From assembly GCA_963799845.1 (NCBI GenBank), contig CAWCYI010000004.1, positions 224,001-288,000 on the forward strand: DNA of 64,000 nucleotides. Direction: 5' to 3'. A program made the translations under genes and the position numbers. The stretch is from an uncultured Nitrososphaerota archaeon. GTDB lineage: Archaea > Thermoproteota > Nitrososphaeria > Nitrososphaerales > CADDZS01. The notes beneath the pieces are model-generated. The model had not been told where the DNA came from. It did not search any database and saw only the letters and a list, made by a program, of their open reading frames with translations. Every line of letters starts with the position of its first letter. Within the stretch, counting starts at the first letter, position 1. Positions 41,823-53,404 of this stretch are shown piece after piece.

Positions 41823-42704
41823 ATGCTCCTATGCGACAAGTGCAAAAAGCCCATTGTCGGAGAATCGAAGAAACTGCTGGACGTGTGTCCCGACTGTTAC
41901 GATCAGGTAATGAATTACATCGCCGCGGGGACTCCAAACTATGGAATCACCCAGGCTAGAATCATCTCGAGAATTGGCAGAAAGTTTTCCTCAAGGGTTG
42001 TAGCGACCATCGTCATCTTGCTTGTTCTGCTCTCGTTTTCTAGTTATTTTGCCTACTACACTTACTCCCAGTATGAAGCTCCATTTCAAACCGAAAGGCA
42101 GCTGGTGAACGCGCTTCAGGGAAACTTGACCCAAGAACAAAGCACAATTCAAACCGCCGCTACCCTGATATTGAAATACAGAGCCGCCAACGCGAACCTG
42201 ACTAACCAGGTCGATTCTCTCAATCAGAGTCTGATTAGCGTCGGCCGCAATATCACGGCACTCCAGGGGATCATTTCCTCGCTAAAATCCCAGAGTTCGT
42301 CCCTCCAAAACACCGTTTCGGTGCTCATGGACAACATTACGCTGTTAAAGAACAAGACAAACACCTTCGTCATCTGGAACGTTCCGGTGAACGTGAGTTC
42401 AGGGTACTTCCTGTTCGAGACCGTCCCGGATACTTTCGACTATCACGATAATTTCACGGCCACCGCCCCCCTGACTGTGTATTACTTCAACAGCACGCAG
42501 TTTGTCCAGTGGTATACGAGCAAAACGATTTCTGGAAATTACACAAAGTACAGCAGTACCGAGAAGCAGTCTGATACCTTCACCCTGGCGGAAGGCTGCG
42601 GAGGGTACGTCGTGATTTACTTCTTCTCTTCGGCCGGTATCATCCGTCCAAATGTCTCGGCTACATATGATCCCGCTTCCCGCCCGACGGGCTCCTGCTC
42701 ATAA
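41823..42704 (+). CDS. Zinc-finger + TM + coiled-coil membrane protein
   Basis: CDKC..CPDC, one TM, heptad region, beta-rich C-terminus. Confidence 0.7.
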   Translation: MLLCDKCKKPIVGESKKLLDVCPDCYDQVMNYIAAGTPNYGITQARIISRIGRKFSSRVVATIVILLVLLSFSSYFAYYTYSQYEAPFQTERQLVNALQGNLTQEQSTIQTAATLILKYRAANANLTNQVDSLNQSLISVGRNITALQGIISSLKSQSSSLQNTVSVLMDNITLLKNKTNTFVIWNVPVNVSSGYFLFETVPDTFDYHDNFTATAPLTVYYFNSTQFVQWYTSKTISGNYTKYSSTEKQSDTFTLAEGCGGYVVIYFFSSAGIIRPNVSATYDPASRPTGSCS

Positions 42705-42839
42705 TCACTGCAATAGGGACTTTCAGTCAGAATGGTTCGCGGTAAGCTTCTTCCCGTTAAAGTCAGCCGTCGAACGAGAGGATAATTCTATCGCTAACCT
42801 TAGATAAACCGCACGTCTGAAGGACTGTAAAGGCTCAAG

Positions 42840-43124
42840 GTGGATTACTTCATGTCTGATCCCATGGATGAAATTGTGGAAAAAGATCTCAAGAAGACTC
42901 GCAAATGGATTGACCCCTACATGAACAGCGCGGAACCTCCGGGACTCGAGGGTACCGGCTTGGGGAAGAATGACGAAGAGTTTATCGAATTTGAAAGGGG
43001 CGAAGAGAAGGAGGAAGAGAGAAAGGAGTCCGATGACTACTCTGAAGATTCGTTCGAAAAACCATCAGACAAGAAGTTGACTGGACGAAAGACGAAATCA
43101 GACGAAACCGAAGATATCAGTTAG
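42840..43124 (+). CDS. Acidic hypothetical protein
   Basis: E/D/K-rich ORF. Confidence 0.5.
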   Translation: MDYFMSDPMDEIVEKDLKKTRKWIDPYMNSAEPPGLEGTGLGKNDEEFIEFERGEEKEEERKESDDYSEDSFEKPSDKKLTGRKTKSDETEDIS

Positions 43125-43134
43125 AGCGGCACTT

Positions 43135-43525
43135 TCATTTTTTGAATAGATCCATTTTCGACCAGATGTAGATTCCGAAGACAGCTGCAATTACAGTACC
43201 GGCAACGATCGATACTGCATCGATCCCTTTGAAAGGAAAGAGTCCAATCCCGACCATCAGCTATGCGTCCGATGATGTCAGCGACCAGCAAGACGATGGC
43301 GAGCACAGCTCCCCATCTCCTCATGGTTAGGATAAGCACGCCAGCGAAGCAATAGAAGGAGCCAATTAATGATGATACAAGCGTGTACGTCGAAGTCGGA
43401 GTTGCCGAAATGACGTTCAGAAAATTGCCGGTAATGCCGGTTGCAACCTCGGCCAAACCAAAAAGAATCATGAGAAAAGCAGCTACCACGATGCCTCTGG
43501 GGCGGTTCATTGAAATCGATTCCAA
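43135..43525 (-). CDS. Four-TM membrane protein (1-nt insertion at 43258)
   Basis: Removing one base restores the hydrophobic C-terminus 'IAMVGIGLFPF..IYIWSK'. Confidence 0.7.
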
Positions 43526-43620
43526 TAGAATATTGCATCGGCCGGATGGATATGTGTTGAAGCTAGCATACTCAGCTTAAGACAGCATGCGCCAACCAGT
43601 ACATTCCTGGATGAATTTGG

Positions 43621-44265
43621 ATGCGCAGGGTCGTAGTTGAAGCCCCAATCGACTCCATGAGGAGCCTTCTGGGGGATTCGCAAGAAATGTTCGGAGAAAT
43701 AAGATCCTTGGAAATACTGACTTTTTTGAAAGATACTCCGCGCGAGACAGCCATGATCTGTAGGATCGAAGTGACCGATCCCGCTGAGTCCAACTTGGTT
43801 GTCGAAAGAAATGACATCTCCATTAAAATTCTGGAGAAGGAAAAGAAGGGAACATTCATCTGTTTTGTAAAAAGAAGGCGAAAAGCTGGTCTGCCACGCA
43901 GCAGTTTTATCGCGGGAGGAGGGTACCTGTCGACCGCGTACGAAATCAGGGACGGAAATATTAGAGCGACATTCTTGGGCACTTCAAGGCAGGTGAGGAG
44001 TTTTCTTCAGACAATCCAAAAAACGGGTATCCGATTCAAGGTGATCGCGCTGGCCGATGCAAAGTTTTCTCCTGATTCTCCGCTGAGCGGCCTGACAGAC
44101 ACGCAAATCAAAGTATTGAAGAGCGCATTCAATCTCGGCTATTACGATCTCCCAAAGAAGATAACTTCCGACGAACTCGCGAAGAAGTTGAATATGCGGA
44201 GCTCGACGTTCGTCCTGCATCGGATCAAAGCTGAAAGGCGAATTTTGGCAAAGGTCTTGAAATGA
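43621..44265 (+). CDS. HTH_10 (bacterio-opsin activator-type) transcription regulator
   Basis: 'LTDTQ..VL..AF.LGYYD.PK......ELAKKL....ST...H..KAE'. Confidence 0.88.
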   Translation: MRRVVVEAPIDSMRSLLGDSQEMFGEIRSLEILTFLKDTPRETAMICRIEVTDPAESNLVVERNDISIKILEKEKKGTFICFVKRRRKAGLPRSSFIAGGGYLSTAYEIRDGNIRATFLGTSRQVRSFLQTIQKTGIRFKVIALADAKFSPDSPLSGLTDTQIKVLKSAFNLGYYDLPKKITSDELAKKLNMRSSTFVLHRIKAERRILAKVLK

Positions 44266-44353
44266 CATTTCGATCTGACCTTCGCAAATAAGAATCGAAA
44301 GTATTTAGCCGTTCAAGAATGGAATCAGGTGATTTGTTCCGGAGCCTGGCCGA

Positions 44354-45187
44354 ATGGATACTCTAATTCTGAAGATTGTTGCAACTCCGGCACTAATCGC
44401 CCTTGCTAGCCTCGTCGGTCGACGGTGGGGATCTGCGGTGAGCGGATGGCTAATAGGACTGCCACTTACTTCCGCACCGATTGTATTCTTTCTCGCGCTG
44501 GACCAGGGTGCTTCATTTGCTGCTTCTGCATCTGTTTCAGTTCTTGCTGGATCGATGTCGGGCATCGCATTTGCGCTAATTTACGCCAGGCTAGCCCTCA
44601 GGCTGAATCAAAAATGGCCCGTTTGCCTTATCGGTGGATACGTCGCAGTTCTGGGGATAACTTTCGTTCTGCAGTTTCTCACAATTTCGGTACTTCCGTT
44701 GTACTTCATAGTCGTCGCGATTCTTCTCATCTCCCTTCAAATTATGCCGCGGATAATATCGAGCGAGGATAATTCGAACTATCCAAAGTGGGATCTCCCA
44801 GCCCGGATGATCGCCGCAACTATATTCGTAATAGCCGTGACCGGCGTCGCGCCAATCCTTGGTTCTCATCTTAGCGGTTTGATTACTCCGTTCCCCATCT
44901 ACACTTCCATCCTCGTTGTCTTCAATCAAACTTCAAAGGGTGTTACTGCGGTTGTCAAACTCCTCCGCGGGTTGCTCTATGGATTATTCTCGTTCGTGAC
45001 TTTTTTTCTAACGCTATCTATCGCGCTTCAGGCGACAAACATAGGTCCGGCTTTTATCTTTGCAACCTGCGCGGCTCTGCTCGTTCAGGGGCTCACGCTG
45101 GTCGTCTTAACGCGGAGGGAGAAGACGTTCGTCACGTCAAACTCTAAAGGGAATTCCGAGAGCCGGAATGAAAAAGCTGCGTCATAG
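44354..45187 (+). CDS. Multi-pass membrane protein
   Basis: 'GRRWG..V.GWL.GLPLTS.P', about 8 TMs. Confidence 0.75.
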   Translation: MDTLILKIVATPALIALASLVGRRWGSAVSGWLIGLPLTSAPIVFFLALDQGASFAASASVSVLAGSMSGIAFALIYARLALRLNQKWPVCLIGGYVAVLGITFVLQFLTISVLPLYFIVVAILLISLQIMPRIISSEDNSNYPKWDLPARMIAATIFVIAVTGVAPILGSHLSGLITPFPIYTSILVVFNQTSKGVTAVVKLLRGLLYGLFSFVTFFLTLSIALQATNIGPAFIFATCAALLVQGLTLVVLTRREKTFVTSNSKGNSESRNEKAAS

Positions 45188-45269
45188 GAGCTGAAGCTGC
45201 TCACGACCAGATTGGCTCATCGCATTTTGGAATCATTTATTTTCTGATCAGTAATGGAACGACGCCCGA

Positions 45270-46779
45270 TTGCCAAAAGATAATTTTCCCTCCGGAATAG
45301 TCGAGGGATTCTACGGTCCTCCATGGTCGCACATTGATAGGCTTTACATGATTCGATTCTTGAGTGAGGCGAAGTTTGACACATACATGTACGCCCCAAA
45401 AGAGGACGAATTCCACAGGGCCGAGTGGCGGAAAAGATACCCCGAAGCTCTTTCGCAGAAACTGCTCGAACTAATTGAGGCTTGTAACTCATCTTCAGTG
45501 AAATTCGTCTTTACCGTTAGCCCGGGACTCAGCATTGTGTATTCTGATCCGGAAGAAACGAACCTTCTGATCGCGAAACTGCATCACGTCATCGACATGG
45601 GTTGCAGCTGGATTGGCATTCTGCTCGATGACATTCAAACCGAACTCACAAACGATGCAGACAGGCACGCGTTTGGAAGTCTGGCCAAAGCGCACGCGTA
45701 TCTCATAAATGGTGTCAGAGACCGACTACGAAAAGAGAACGGAGAGATTCGGATAATTTTTTGCCCGACATACTACGCGAACGATTACCTCGGGAAAAAG
45801 ATCTCGAGTAACGAGTACCTGAGTGAGATCGGAGCTGAGATGGATCCGCACGTGGATATTCTATGGACAGGAACTCACGTAGTTTCTCAGCAAATAACCA
45901 GAGAAGACGCCTCCGCTTTCGGAAAGGCGATTCGACGCAAACCGATTCTCTGGGATAACTACCCCGTGGATGATTACTTCCGAGAGAATGATCCGCCCAG
46001 ACTCCGTCTGAATTTTGGGCCCTTCAGAGGCAGATCCTCTGACCTTCCTGAATATCTATCAGGGTACTTGTCGAATCCGATGAATGAGTCGGAAGCTTCC
46101 CGCGTTTCGCTGCTGACCCTTGCTGACTATTTGTCAGACCCCGAGGAATATTCACCTGAGAAATCGTTTGAAAGCGCGATTGAAAGGCTCCATTCGCGCG
46201 AGAGATCCTACGAAGCTATCAGCGCGATAATTGCTGCTTCGAAGGCGAGCGTTCTCGACACTCGCGAAGTCGAAGAGCTTCGGCTTACCGCAGAAAACCT
46301 GATCTCCTCGCTTGAAAAGAAATCTGATTGGGAGGACGAAGCGGAAAGTTTGCAGGTCCAGCTGACAATGTATTCGAATTTGATTGATGCGCTCTATGCA
46401 GGTACCTCGAACAAGAAATTCTTGCGGGAGATCGAACCTCTGGCTCGAAAATTGAAGAAGTTAGTCAGACTGGGGATAGACAGCGTCGATTATCTTTTCA
46501 AATTGGAAACAAAGGGGTTCAACGAAGCCTTATGGTCTAGGGTTGAGACAGATGCCGACGAAGTTTCGAAAGACAGGACTCAGATTCTGGGACAGGTAGA
46601 TTTTGGATGGGAAGCTTGAAGAACGAAAAGAAGGTGACACGCCGGAGCAGGGAATCACAAAAGCCGAGCTAGGATTTATCGAGGAACATTCGTCGGGAAT
46701 GGGTCTCCCGAAAGAACAGAGGGACTCTCCAGTCTGGGAGTTTTACGAATATCTCAAGAAAAGCCGGACGGCGAAATAG
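45270..46779 (+). CDS. GH84 beta-N-acetylglucosaminidase (O-GlcNAcase-like); 1-nt insertion at 46617
   Basis: 'GIVEGFYGPPW', 'YMYAPKED', catalytic 'LLDDI', 'WTG', 'WDNYPVDD'. Confidence 0.9.
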
Positions 46780-46953
46780 ATCAGGGTTGGACAAGTAAAC
46801 AGTCAGTTTTGAACCGCACTGCCCTAAGTTCCTTGACTACAAATCCACACTACTCAAGGACGTTGGGGTGGTCTCTTCGTTGCAGAAAGGATGCAGTTTT
46901 CAATTATTCGCCTAGGCCAGTAAATAATTTTCAAAAAAAGATAAAGTACAAAG

Positions 46954-47094
46954 TTGTCGATACAAGATAATGTGATTTTGATGTGCGGCGAATGCCACGA
47001 AATGAAGATGGATCCTGCGGAAATGAAGAGCAAGATGATCACCTGTGACGGTTGTGGTGGCGATATGTCTGAGAAGCAAATGAAGAAGATGTAG
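46954..47094 (+). CDS. Met-rich zinc-ribbon microprotein (absent from ORF track)
   Basis: MSIQDNVILMCGECHEMKMD...ITCDGCGGDM. Confidence 0.6.
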   Translation: MSIQDNVILMCGECHEMKMDPAEMKSKMITCDGCGGDMSEKQMKKM

Positions 47095-47221
47095 TGCGAT
47101 TTGGAATGAAACGTAATTCATTCCCATACCACATCTCTTCTATTTCTTTGTTCCTTTAGTTTGTTTCAGTATTGTTGTGGTGGGAGTACCGGATCACTTG
47201 AACTCCGGTGGTTTTATACGG

Positions 47222-48022
47222 CTAGGAGCTTTCTGGTCTCGAAAGCCAGTACCGCGCGATTTCTTCAGCTTTCGCGATCCACACGCCTTCATGCGATTTG
47301 ATGTGGCAGATTATCTTTTCCAGAGACTTGCTAGCAGCGGGTCTACCAGTCATGAACGGGTGCATTGTTAGGCAGTAGAATTTTCCTTCTTCATATAGAA
47401 CGTCGAACTCGTCCCGCCAAAGCTCGAAGACTTCCTGCGGAGAATAGCCTCTTTCGGCGTAATTGTCGTAATCGTCGAGAGTAACCGCGCTGGGCAATTC
47501 AACGATGTTGTTTCCTGAACTGAACTTGTGGATATAGGGAACGTCCCTGTCTAGACTGTCACCCCTCCAGATGAACCCGCCTAAATTGTTCAGGAGTTTG
47601 ACCGTGTCTTTGCTGGGGCACCAGTTGGCAGTCCTGTGTCCCACCACGTTCTTGCCCGTGATGTTTCTGATCAGTTCGACGGTTTTCTCGAGATCAATTT
47701 TCTCGTCTTCGACCTTCTTTTCGTTGTAGGGTGTGTGATCCCATCCGTGAGAAGCGATTTCGTGTCCCTTCTCTACAATCGCCCGAGCGACATCTGGCCT
47801 CTTTTCCGCTGTCTTAGCCACCATGCAGAACGTCGCTTTGACGTTTTGTCGCTCAAGGATTCTAAGAACACGCCACGTACCTTCATTGGTGTCGTAATAC
47901 CCCTGACTCACGTAAAACATCTTGTCTGGTCCGAACGCGTTTATCAGCCCGGACTCATCGTCATTGTCAAACGTCAGAGCAACGGCGCATCTAATCCCCT
48001 TGGGCCATATTGATTCCTGCAA
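47222..48022 (-). CDS. Polysaccharide deacetylase (CE4, PuuE/HpPgdA-like)
   Basis: 'ALTFDND', 'HEIASHGWDH', 'LTMHPF..GRP'. Confidence 0.9.
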   Translation of the reverse strand: MQESIWPKGIRCAVALTFDNDDESGLINAFGPDKMFYVSQGYYDTNEGTWRVLRILERQNVKATFCMVAKTAEKRPDVARAIVEKGHEIASHGWDHTPYNEKKVEDEKIDLEKTVELIRNITGKNVVGHRTANWCPSKDTVKLLNNLGGFIWRGDSLDRDVPYIHKFSSGNNIVELPSAVTLDDYDNYAERGYSPQEVFELWRDEFDVLYEEGKFYCLTMHPFMTGRPAASKSLEKIICHIKSHEGVWIAKAEEIARYWLSRPESS

Positions 48023-48287
48023 ACTCTTGTTCGCTTACTCGGATTTCCTGGCGAAAAGACCTGATTATTTCAAAGTTTGCAAGAGTCGATGGATGACTCC
48101 CGGGTGACGAAGGATTCTAGAGTCCAAAGAGTTAATCCGACAACAATTCTTCCACGAGGAGAAGGAGCAGAACGAATGTCCTCTGAAGATGTGCCTTGGT
48201 GGACAAACGCTCTTTCTGCCATCCTCTTTAGTTCATCCTGCAGTCCCTTGCGTCCACTAGTTTCGTTCCCCTTTGCTCACTGACCTC

Positions 48288-48325
48288 TTATAGAATGCAA
48301 TTTGTGCAAAATTTGCATTCTATAA
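48288..48325. promoter_or_regulatory. 13-bp perfect inverted repeat, possible operator
   Basis: TTATAGAATGCAA-N12-TTGCATTCTATAA. Confidence 0.45.
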
Positions 48326-48437
48326 CTTCATTTATGCACGGTTTCTGAAAAATAGGCGACTAAGAAACTTCTCCATGTTGCAGACGATCCAAAGTACGCA
48401 AGAAGTTTTCCAATTCATGTTCAGAGCATGACCAAGT

Positions 48438-48521
48438 TTGATTGAGACGGAGAACCTAACCAAAAAGTTTGGCTCCTTGACCGCGGTTGATGGGGTTACA
48501 CTTCAAGTTGATGAGGGATAG
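48438..48521 (+). pseudogene. N-terminal fragment of an ABC ATPase
   Basis: 'LIETENLTKKFGSLTAVDGVTLQVDEG*'. Confidence 0.6.
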
Positions 48522-48523
48522 GT

Positions 48524-49534
48524 CTAATTTCTCGTCGACAAATACTCGACGAGCTCAAAGAGCCTAGCCTTGGCCTTGGATTCCCGGAGATTACTGAGAA
48601 TGGACTGAGCCTTTTCGACGTTTTTGGCTGAGGATTTCTTGCAGTAGATGTCTGAGCCGTATTTCGTTAAGAGTATTTTCAATTTGTCCTTACTTGATTC
48701 GTCAAGATATTCCGATTTTCCCAGAAGTGAATTTACAAAATTCCTTTCATCTGGCGTGCAACGTTTAAGGCAGTGAATCAATGCCAAGCTTTTCTTCCCG
48801 TACTTCAGATCGGAGAAAGCAGATTTTCCCATTAGAGTCTCATCGCCGAGATAGTCCTGGAGATCATCCTGGATCTGGTATGCCACTCCCAAAGATTCGC
48901 CGAAAACATAGGCGTCATCAATTATCTTTGCATCGGAGTTCCCAACTCCAATCAGTGCACCGCTGGCTGATGATGCGCCGATGAGTGCGCCAGTTTTCAT
49001 TTTAATCATATCCTCATAGTCTTCTTCAGAAACATTCGCTAGCTGCACCATTTCGAGGTCTAAAAATTCACCAGCGGCTGTCGAGCGGCAACAATCAGCG
49101 AGAAGTTCGAGCAGTCGGGAAATGGTCAGGGAGTCAATGCCCGATCTGGAATATTTTGCTATCATTTTGGGCGCGTAAAACAAGAGATTATTCGACACAA
49201 GTATAGAACGGGGGATTCCGTACTTGGAAACCATAGAATCCATTCCAGCTTTTGATCTGGAACCGTCGATCATGTCGTCTTCGATAAGTGCCGCCGAATG
49301 AGCGAATTCATACGCCGCGGCAATGGGGATGGCAGCCCGATAATCGCCTGAAAGCGCCTCGCACCAAAGCATGGCGAGGATCGCCCTTATCCGTCTGCCT
49401 CCGGAAACAGCTTCCTGAGCAGTCAAATCCAGTCGCGAAGGCTTTCTCTCAAAAACGGAAAAAATCTCGGTGTTGACTAGCTCATAGTACTCTTGAAACC
49501 AAGAAAGAATGGAAGCGGAAGCGCTTGCCGACAT
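48524..49534 (-). CDS. Polyprenyl diphosphate (GGPP-type) synthase
   Basis: 'GGRRIR', DDMID, 'KTG', DDLQD. Confidence 0.9.
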   Translation of the reverse strand: MSASASASILSWFQEYYELVNTEIFSVFERKPSRLDLTAQEAVSGGRRIRAILAMLWCEALSGDYRAAIPIAAAYEFAHSAALIEDDMIDGSRSKAGMDSMVSKYGIPRSILVSNNLLFYAPKMIAKYSRSGIDSLTISRLLELLADCCRSTAAGEFLDLEMVQLANVSEEDYEDMIKMKTGALIGASSASGALIGVGNSDAKIIDDAYVFGESLGVAYQIQDDLQDYLGDETLMGKSAFSDLKYGKKSLALIHCLKRCTPDERNFVNSLLGKSEYLDESSKDKLKILLTKYGSDIYCKKSSAKNVEKAQSILSNLRESKAKARLFELVEYLSTRN

Positions 49535-49675
49535 TCTGGCTCTGATTGCTTTAAGCGAATAGAAAAGTCATCTGGCGAGACCCATGGAATTGATCAAAAG
49601 ACGCCGTCCCGCCAGTTGGGAAGGGCAATTGCACACTTATAACGTTCGCGTCCGCGAAACACATCGGCATTTGCT

Positions 49676-50539
49676 TTGCAGACTATCAAAGCCGGAAATG
49701 TGAATTTGAGTTATGAGGAGCGCGGTTCCGGACATGCCGTGGTAATGGTTCACGGAATCCCGACTGATCTTAGAGCCTGGTCTAACCAGCTCGACAGTTT
49801 CTCAAGTTCGTTTAGGGCAATATCGATTTCACGGAGGCATGCGTACCCTAACAAGAACGACTTCAAAATAACCGACAGCACAGTCGGGAATAACTCGGAA
49901 GATCTAGTTTCTTTCGTCCAAGCCCTGAATTTACAGCCCATCCATCTGATTGGTCATTCCTACGGCGGCTTTGTCTCGCTATTTTCGGTGTGGAAACATC
50001 CCGAGCTGTTTCGCACTCTCGTCCTGGTTGAGCCTGCCGTACCGTCGATTCTAGTAAAAAATGAAAAGAGTCCACTTCAGGTGCTTGCATTTCTCTTCAG
50101 TAATTTCTCGGCGGCAATGTCGGCTAGGCGTTTCCAGAATGGAAACCTCAAGCTCACGCTGAAAGCTTACGATGGTGGCGACTTGAACGGCGCCGTGAAG
50201 TACTTCTATGAGGGAATCCGTGAGATTTCTGGTTCATTCGAAAAGCTTCCTGATCCAGTTCGTTCGATGATGCTGGACAACGGGATCACGATCGGAGAAC
50301 TGGAAACTGAATTTCCGATCTTTACAAAAGAAGACGCGCGGTCGATCAAACTTCCGACCCTTCTGGTCAAAACTCAGAATGGTCCAAAATGGCTCAGAGC
50401 CATCGTCGATGGGCTCTCCAAAAATATTCCGAACTGCTCGGTCGTCGATATTTCCGGATCTTGCCATTTACCTCACTTAGAGAATCCGACGGATTTCAAC
50501 AAGTCCGTGTCGGAATTCTTGAAGAAGAACGATGCGTAA
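49676..50539 (+). CDS. Alpha/beta hydrolase
   Basis: 'VHG', GHSYGG, 'H.PH.ENP..F'. Confidence 0.88.
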   Translation: MQTIKAGNVNLSYEERGSGHAVVMVHGIPTDLRAWSNQLDSFSSSFRAISISRRHAYPNKNDFKITDSTVGNNSEDLVSFVQALNLQPIHLIGHSYGGFVSLFSVWKHPELFRTLVLVEPAVPSILVKNEKSPLQVLAFLFSNFSAAMSARRFQNGNLKLTLKAYDGGDLNGAVKYFYEGIREISGSFEKLPDPVRSMMLDNGITIGELETEFPIFTKEDARSIKLPTLLVKTQNGPKWLRAIVDGLSKNIPNCSVVDISGSCHLPHLENPTDFNKSVSEFLKKNDA

Positions 50540-50639
50540 AAAAGCAGCTAAAATTGCTGTCTTCGTTCCCAGTTCTGGTTCAATTTCCCGAGCTAATTCA
50601 CGTAAAACAGAATAACCCTAAGTCACGAGTGAGTGTGAG

Positions 50640-52599
50640 ATGCCATCCAAGAGCAGGATATCGGCTCCCTACGGTTCGTGGAAATCCCCCTTAACCGCAG
50701 CTCGAGTCGCGTCTTCCTCAAATGCATACTTTGAAACAAAGCTGACTGAAGATGGCACGGTATTTTTCATAGAAAGGAGGCCGGGAGAACAGGGCAGGCA
50801 CGTTATTCTGCGCGCTAGAAGCGGTGGACGAATTGAAGATGTTATTCCGCCCGAATTTAACGCGCGAACTCGCGTCCACGAATATGGGGGTGCGTCATAC
50901 GTCGTAACGAAGGAATCGGTATTCTTCTCAAATTTTGGAGATCAGCTCGTTTACAGAATCGATCTTTCCAAGTATGGCAGCCCTGTTCCAATCACATCCA
51001 ATTCTCAAACCTTCTATGCAGATTTCATTCTTGACGATAGAAGAAAAAGACTGATTTCGGTCAGAGAGGATCACACCGTCTCAGGAGAAGCCGTAAACAC
51101 CATAGCTGAGTCTAGATCCCAATAACAAGGACAAATTTACGATCCTCATTTCCGGGAATGACTTTTACTCTTCTCCCAGAATCAGCCCCGACGGTGGCAA
51201 ACTTGCCTGGCTGACTTGGATCCACCCATCTCTCCCCTTTTTCGGATCGGAGCTTTGGGTGGGCGACATCTCCGATGAAGGTGCTATAGTAAATCGGAAA
51301 AAGGTAGCAGGTGGCATGGAAGAATCGATTGCAGAGCCCCGTTGGTCGCCCGATGGAATACTTTACTTTGTGTCTGACCGATCAAACTGGTGGAATATCT
51401 ACCGCTTTGATAATCAGGTAGTCGAGAATGTTTATCCCGCCAGTTTTGAATTTGCCGGAGCTCACTGGGTCTTCGGTCTTTCATCTTATGCGTTCATTTC
51501 GAAATTCGAAATTCTCTGCTCTTACTTGAAAGATGGTTTCTATCGGCTGGCTGTTCTCGACGTTCGCTCTAAATCTATCAAGGACGTGGAAAACCCATTC
51601 ACTGAAGTGAGTTATGTAGAATCGAATAACCGGAATGTTGTCTTTATTGCTGGTTCGCCCTCGACTCCTGACGAAATATTTCTCTTCGATCCCCGGAGCT
51701 CTAAATTCGAAACTATCTATCCTGAGACAAGTGGCGAAAAACTAGATCCACTCTATTTGTCACTCCCAACTTCGATAGAATTCCCGACTGAAGGGAATAA
51801 GACAGCATACGCGCTCTATTATCCACCGAAAAATGACGGTTACGAAGCTGGGGATGGTTCCCTTCCTCCCCTTATGGTAATCAGTCATGGGGGACCGACA
51901 AGCCGCTGTCATTCTGACCTGAATCTGGGAATTCAGTACTGGACTTCTCGGGGATTTGCCGTCGCAGATGTCAACTACGGCGGCAGTACGGGTTACGGCA
52001 GGGAATATAGAATGCGGCTTGATGGCAGCTGGGGCGTTGTCGATGTCGATGATTGCGTGAATGTTGCAGCTTTCCTCGCTGATGAGAACAAGGTTGACAA
52101 AAATAGGCTAATCATACGCGGGGGAAGCGCCGGAGGATATACCACGCTCAGCTCTCTCGCATTCAGGAAAGCCTTCAAGGCGGGCGCTAGCTACTACGGA
52201 ATCAGCGATCTTGAAATTTTCGCGAAGGACACCCACAAGTTCGAATCGAGATACCTCGATAGGCTGATCGGCCCGTTTCCGGAAAAGCGCGAATTATATA
52301 GAGAGCGCTCTGCAATTAATTATCTGGATGAAATTTCAGCTCCCGTGATTTTCTTTCAGGGTCTCGAGGACAAGGTAGTACCCCCGAATCAGGCGGAAAT
52401 GATGTTCGATGCCCTAAGAAAAAAGGGACTGCCGACCGCTTACATCGCCTATAAGGGAGAGCAACACGGATTCCGCCAAGCGAAGAATATCTCCAGGTCT
52501 TGCGAGGCCGAACTTTATTTCTATTCAAAGGTTTTCAATTTCGATCTCTCAGAAATTATCGAACCCGTAAAAATAGAGAATTCTCCCCAGTCGAGCTGA
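50640..52599 (+). CDS. S9 family (acylaminoacyl/dipeptidyl) peptidase; 1-nt insertion at 51108
   Basis: 'PYGSWKSP', 'HGGPT', GGSAGG, 'EQHGFR'; halves join across AGCTG. Confidence 0.9.
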
Positions 52600-52608
52600 T
52601 TTTTACAA

Positions 52609-53404
52609 ATGTCTGCTTTCGAACCTTCACGCTTTGATCCCGCCGTAACCGTCGAGCGGGTGGCAAAAAGCTGACGGAACCATCTGGGCCTTGAACGGTG
52701 TCAATACAACCGTGGCGAAAGGAGAGATCAGGGGCCTACTGGGTTCAAACGGCTCCGGAAAGTCAACCCTGATGAAGATACTTCTCGGACTGGTCAAGCC
52801 AGATAACGGGAGGGTAACGGTGAACGGGATCGATCCAGCGGTCAACCCCATACCTGTTCGTCAGATAGTCGGTTATGTCCCGGAGACACCGAGGCTCTAC
52901 GATTTTCTCACGGGCATAGAGTACCTCGATTTTGTCGCGGACCTGTACGGGTTGTCCGCAGAGACAAAAAAGCAGAGAATCGAGGAATATCTCTCCGCGT
53001 TTGAACTGCGCGCTCAGGGAAACGATCTGCTATCGGGGTACTCGCTCGGAATGCGCCAGAAAATCGCAATAAGCGCGGCTCTAATTCATCGTCCGCAAAT
53101 ACTGATACTTGACGAAGCTCTGAACGGTCTTGATCCGAAAACCGCAAAAATCGTGAAGGACACGATTGTAAAACTCGCCTCGGACGGAGTCACAGTCATA
53201 TTCAGCACCCACGTCCTCGAAATCGCTCAGGCAATATGCAAGAAGATTACGATCCTGAATAAGGGTAGCGTAATCGCGGAAGGAACGATGGACGAGCTGC
53301 GGGCGATGGCAAGTTCCGGCGGCGACAATAGCCTCGAGAACATCTTCCTCAATCTGACCGGCACAGCCGATGTAAGGGGGATTGTGGAGGAACTTACCGC
53401 GTGA
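52609..53404 (+). CDS. ABC exporter ATPase; 1-nt insertion at 52673
   Basis: GSNGSGKST, 'YSLGMRQK', 'ILDE', 'STH'; N-terminus from ATG 52609. Confidence 0.9.
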
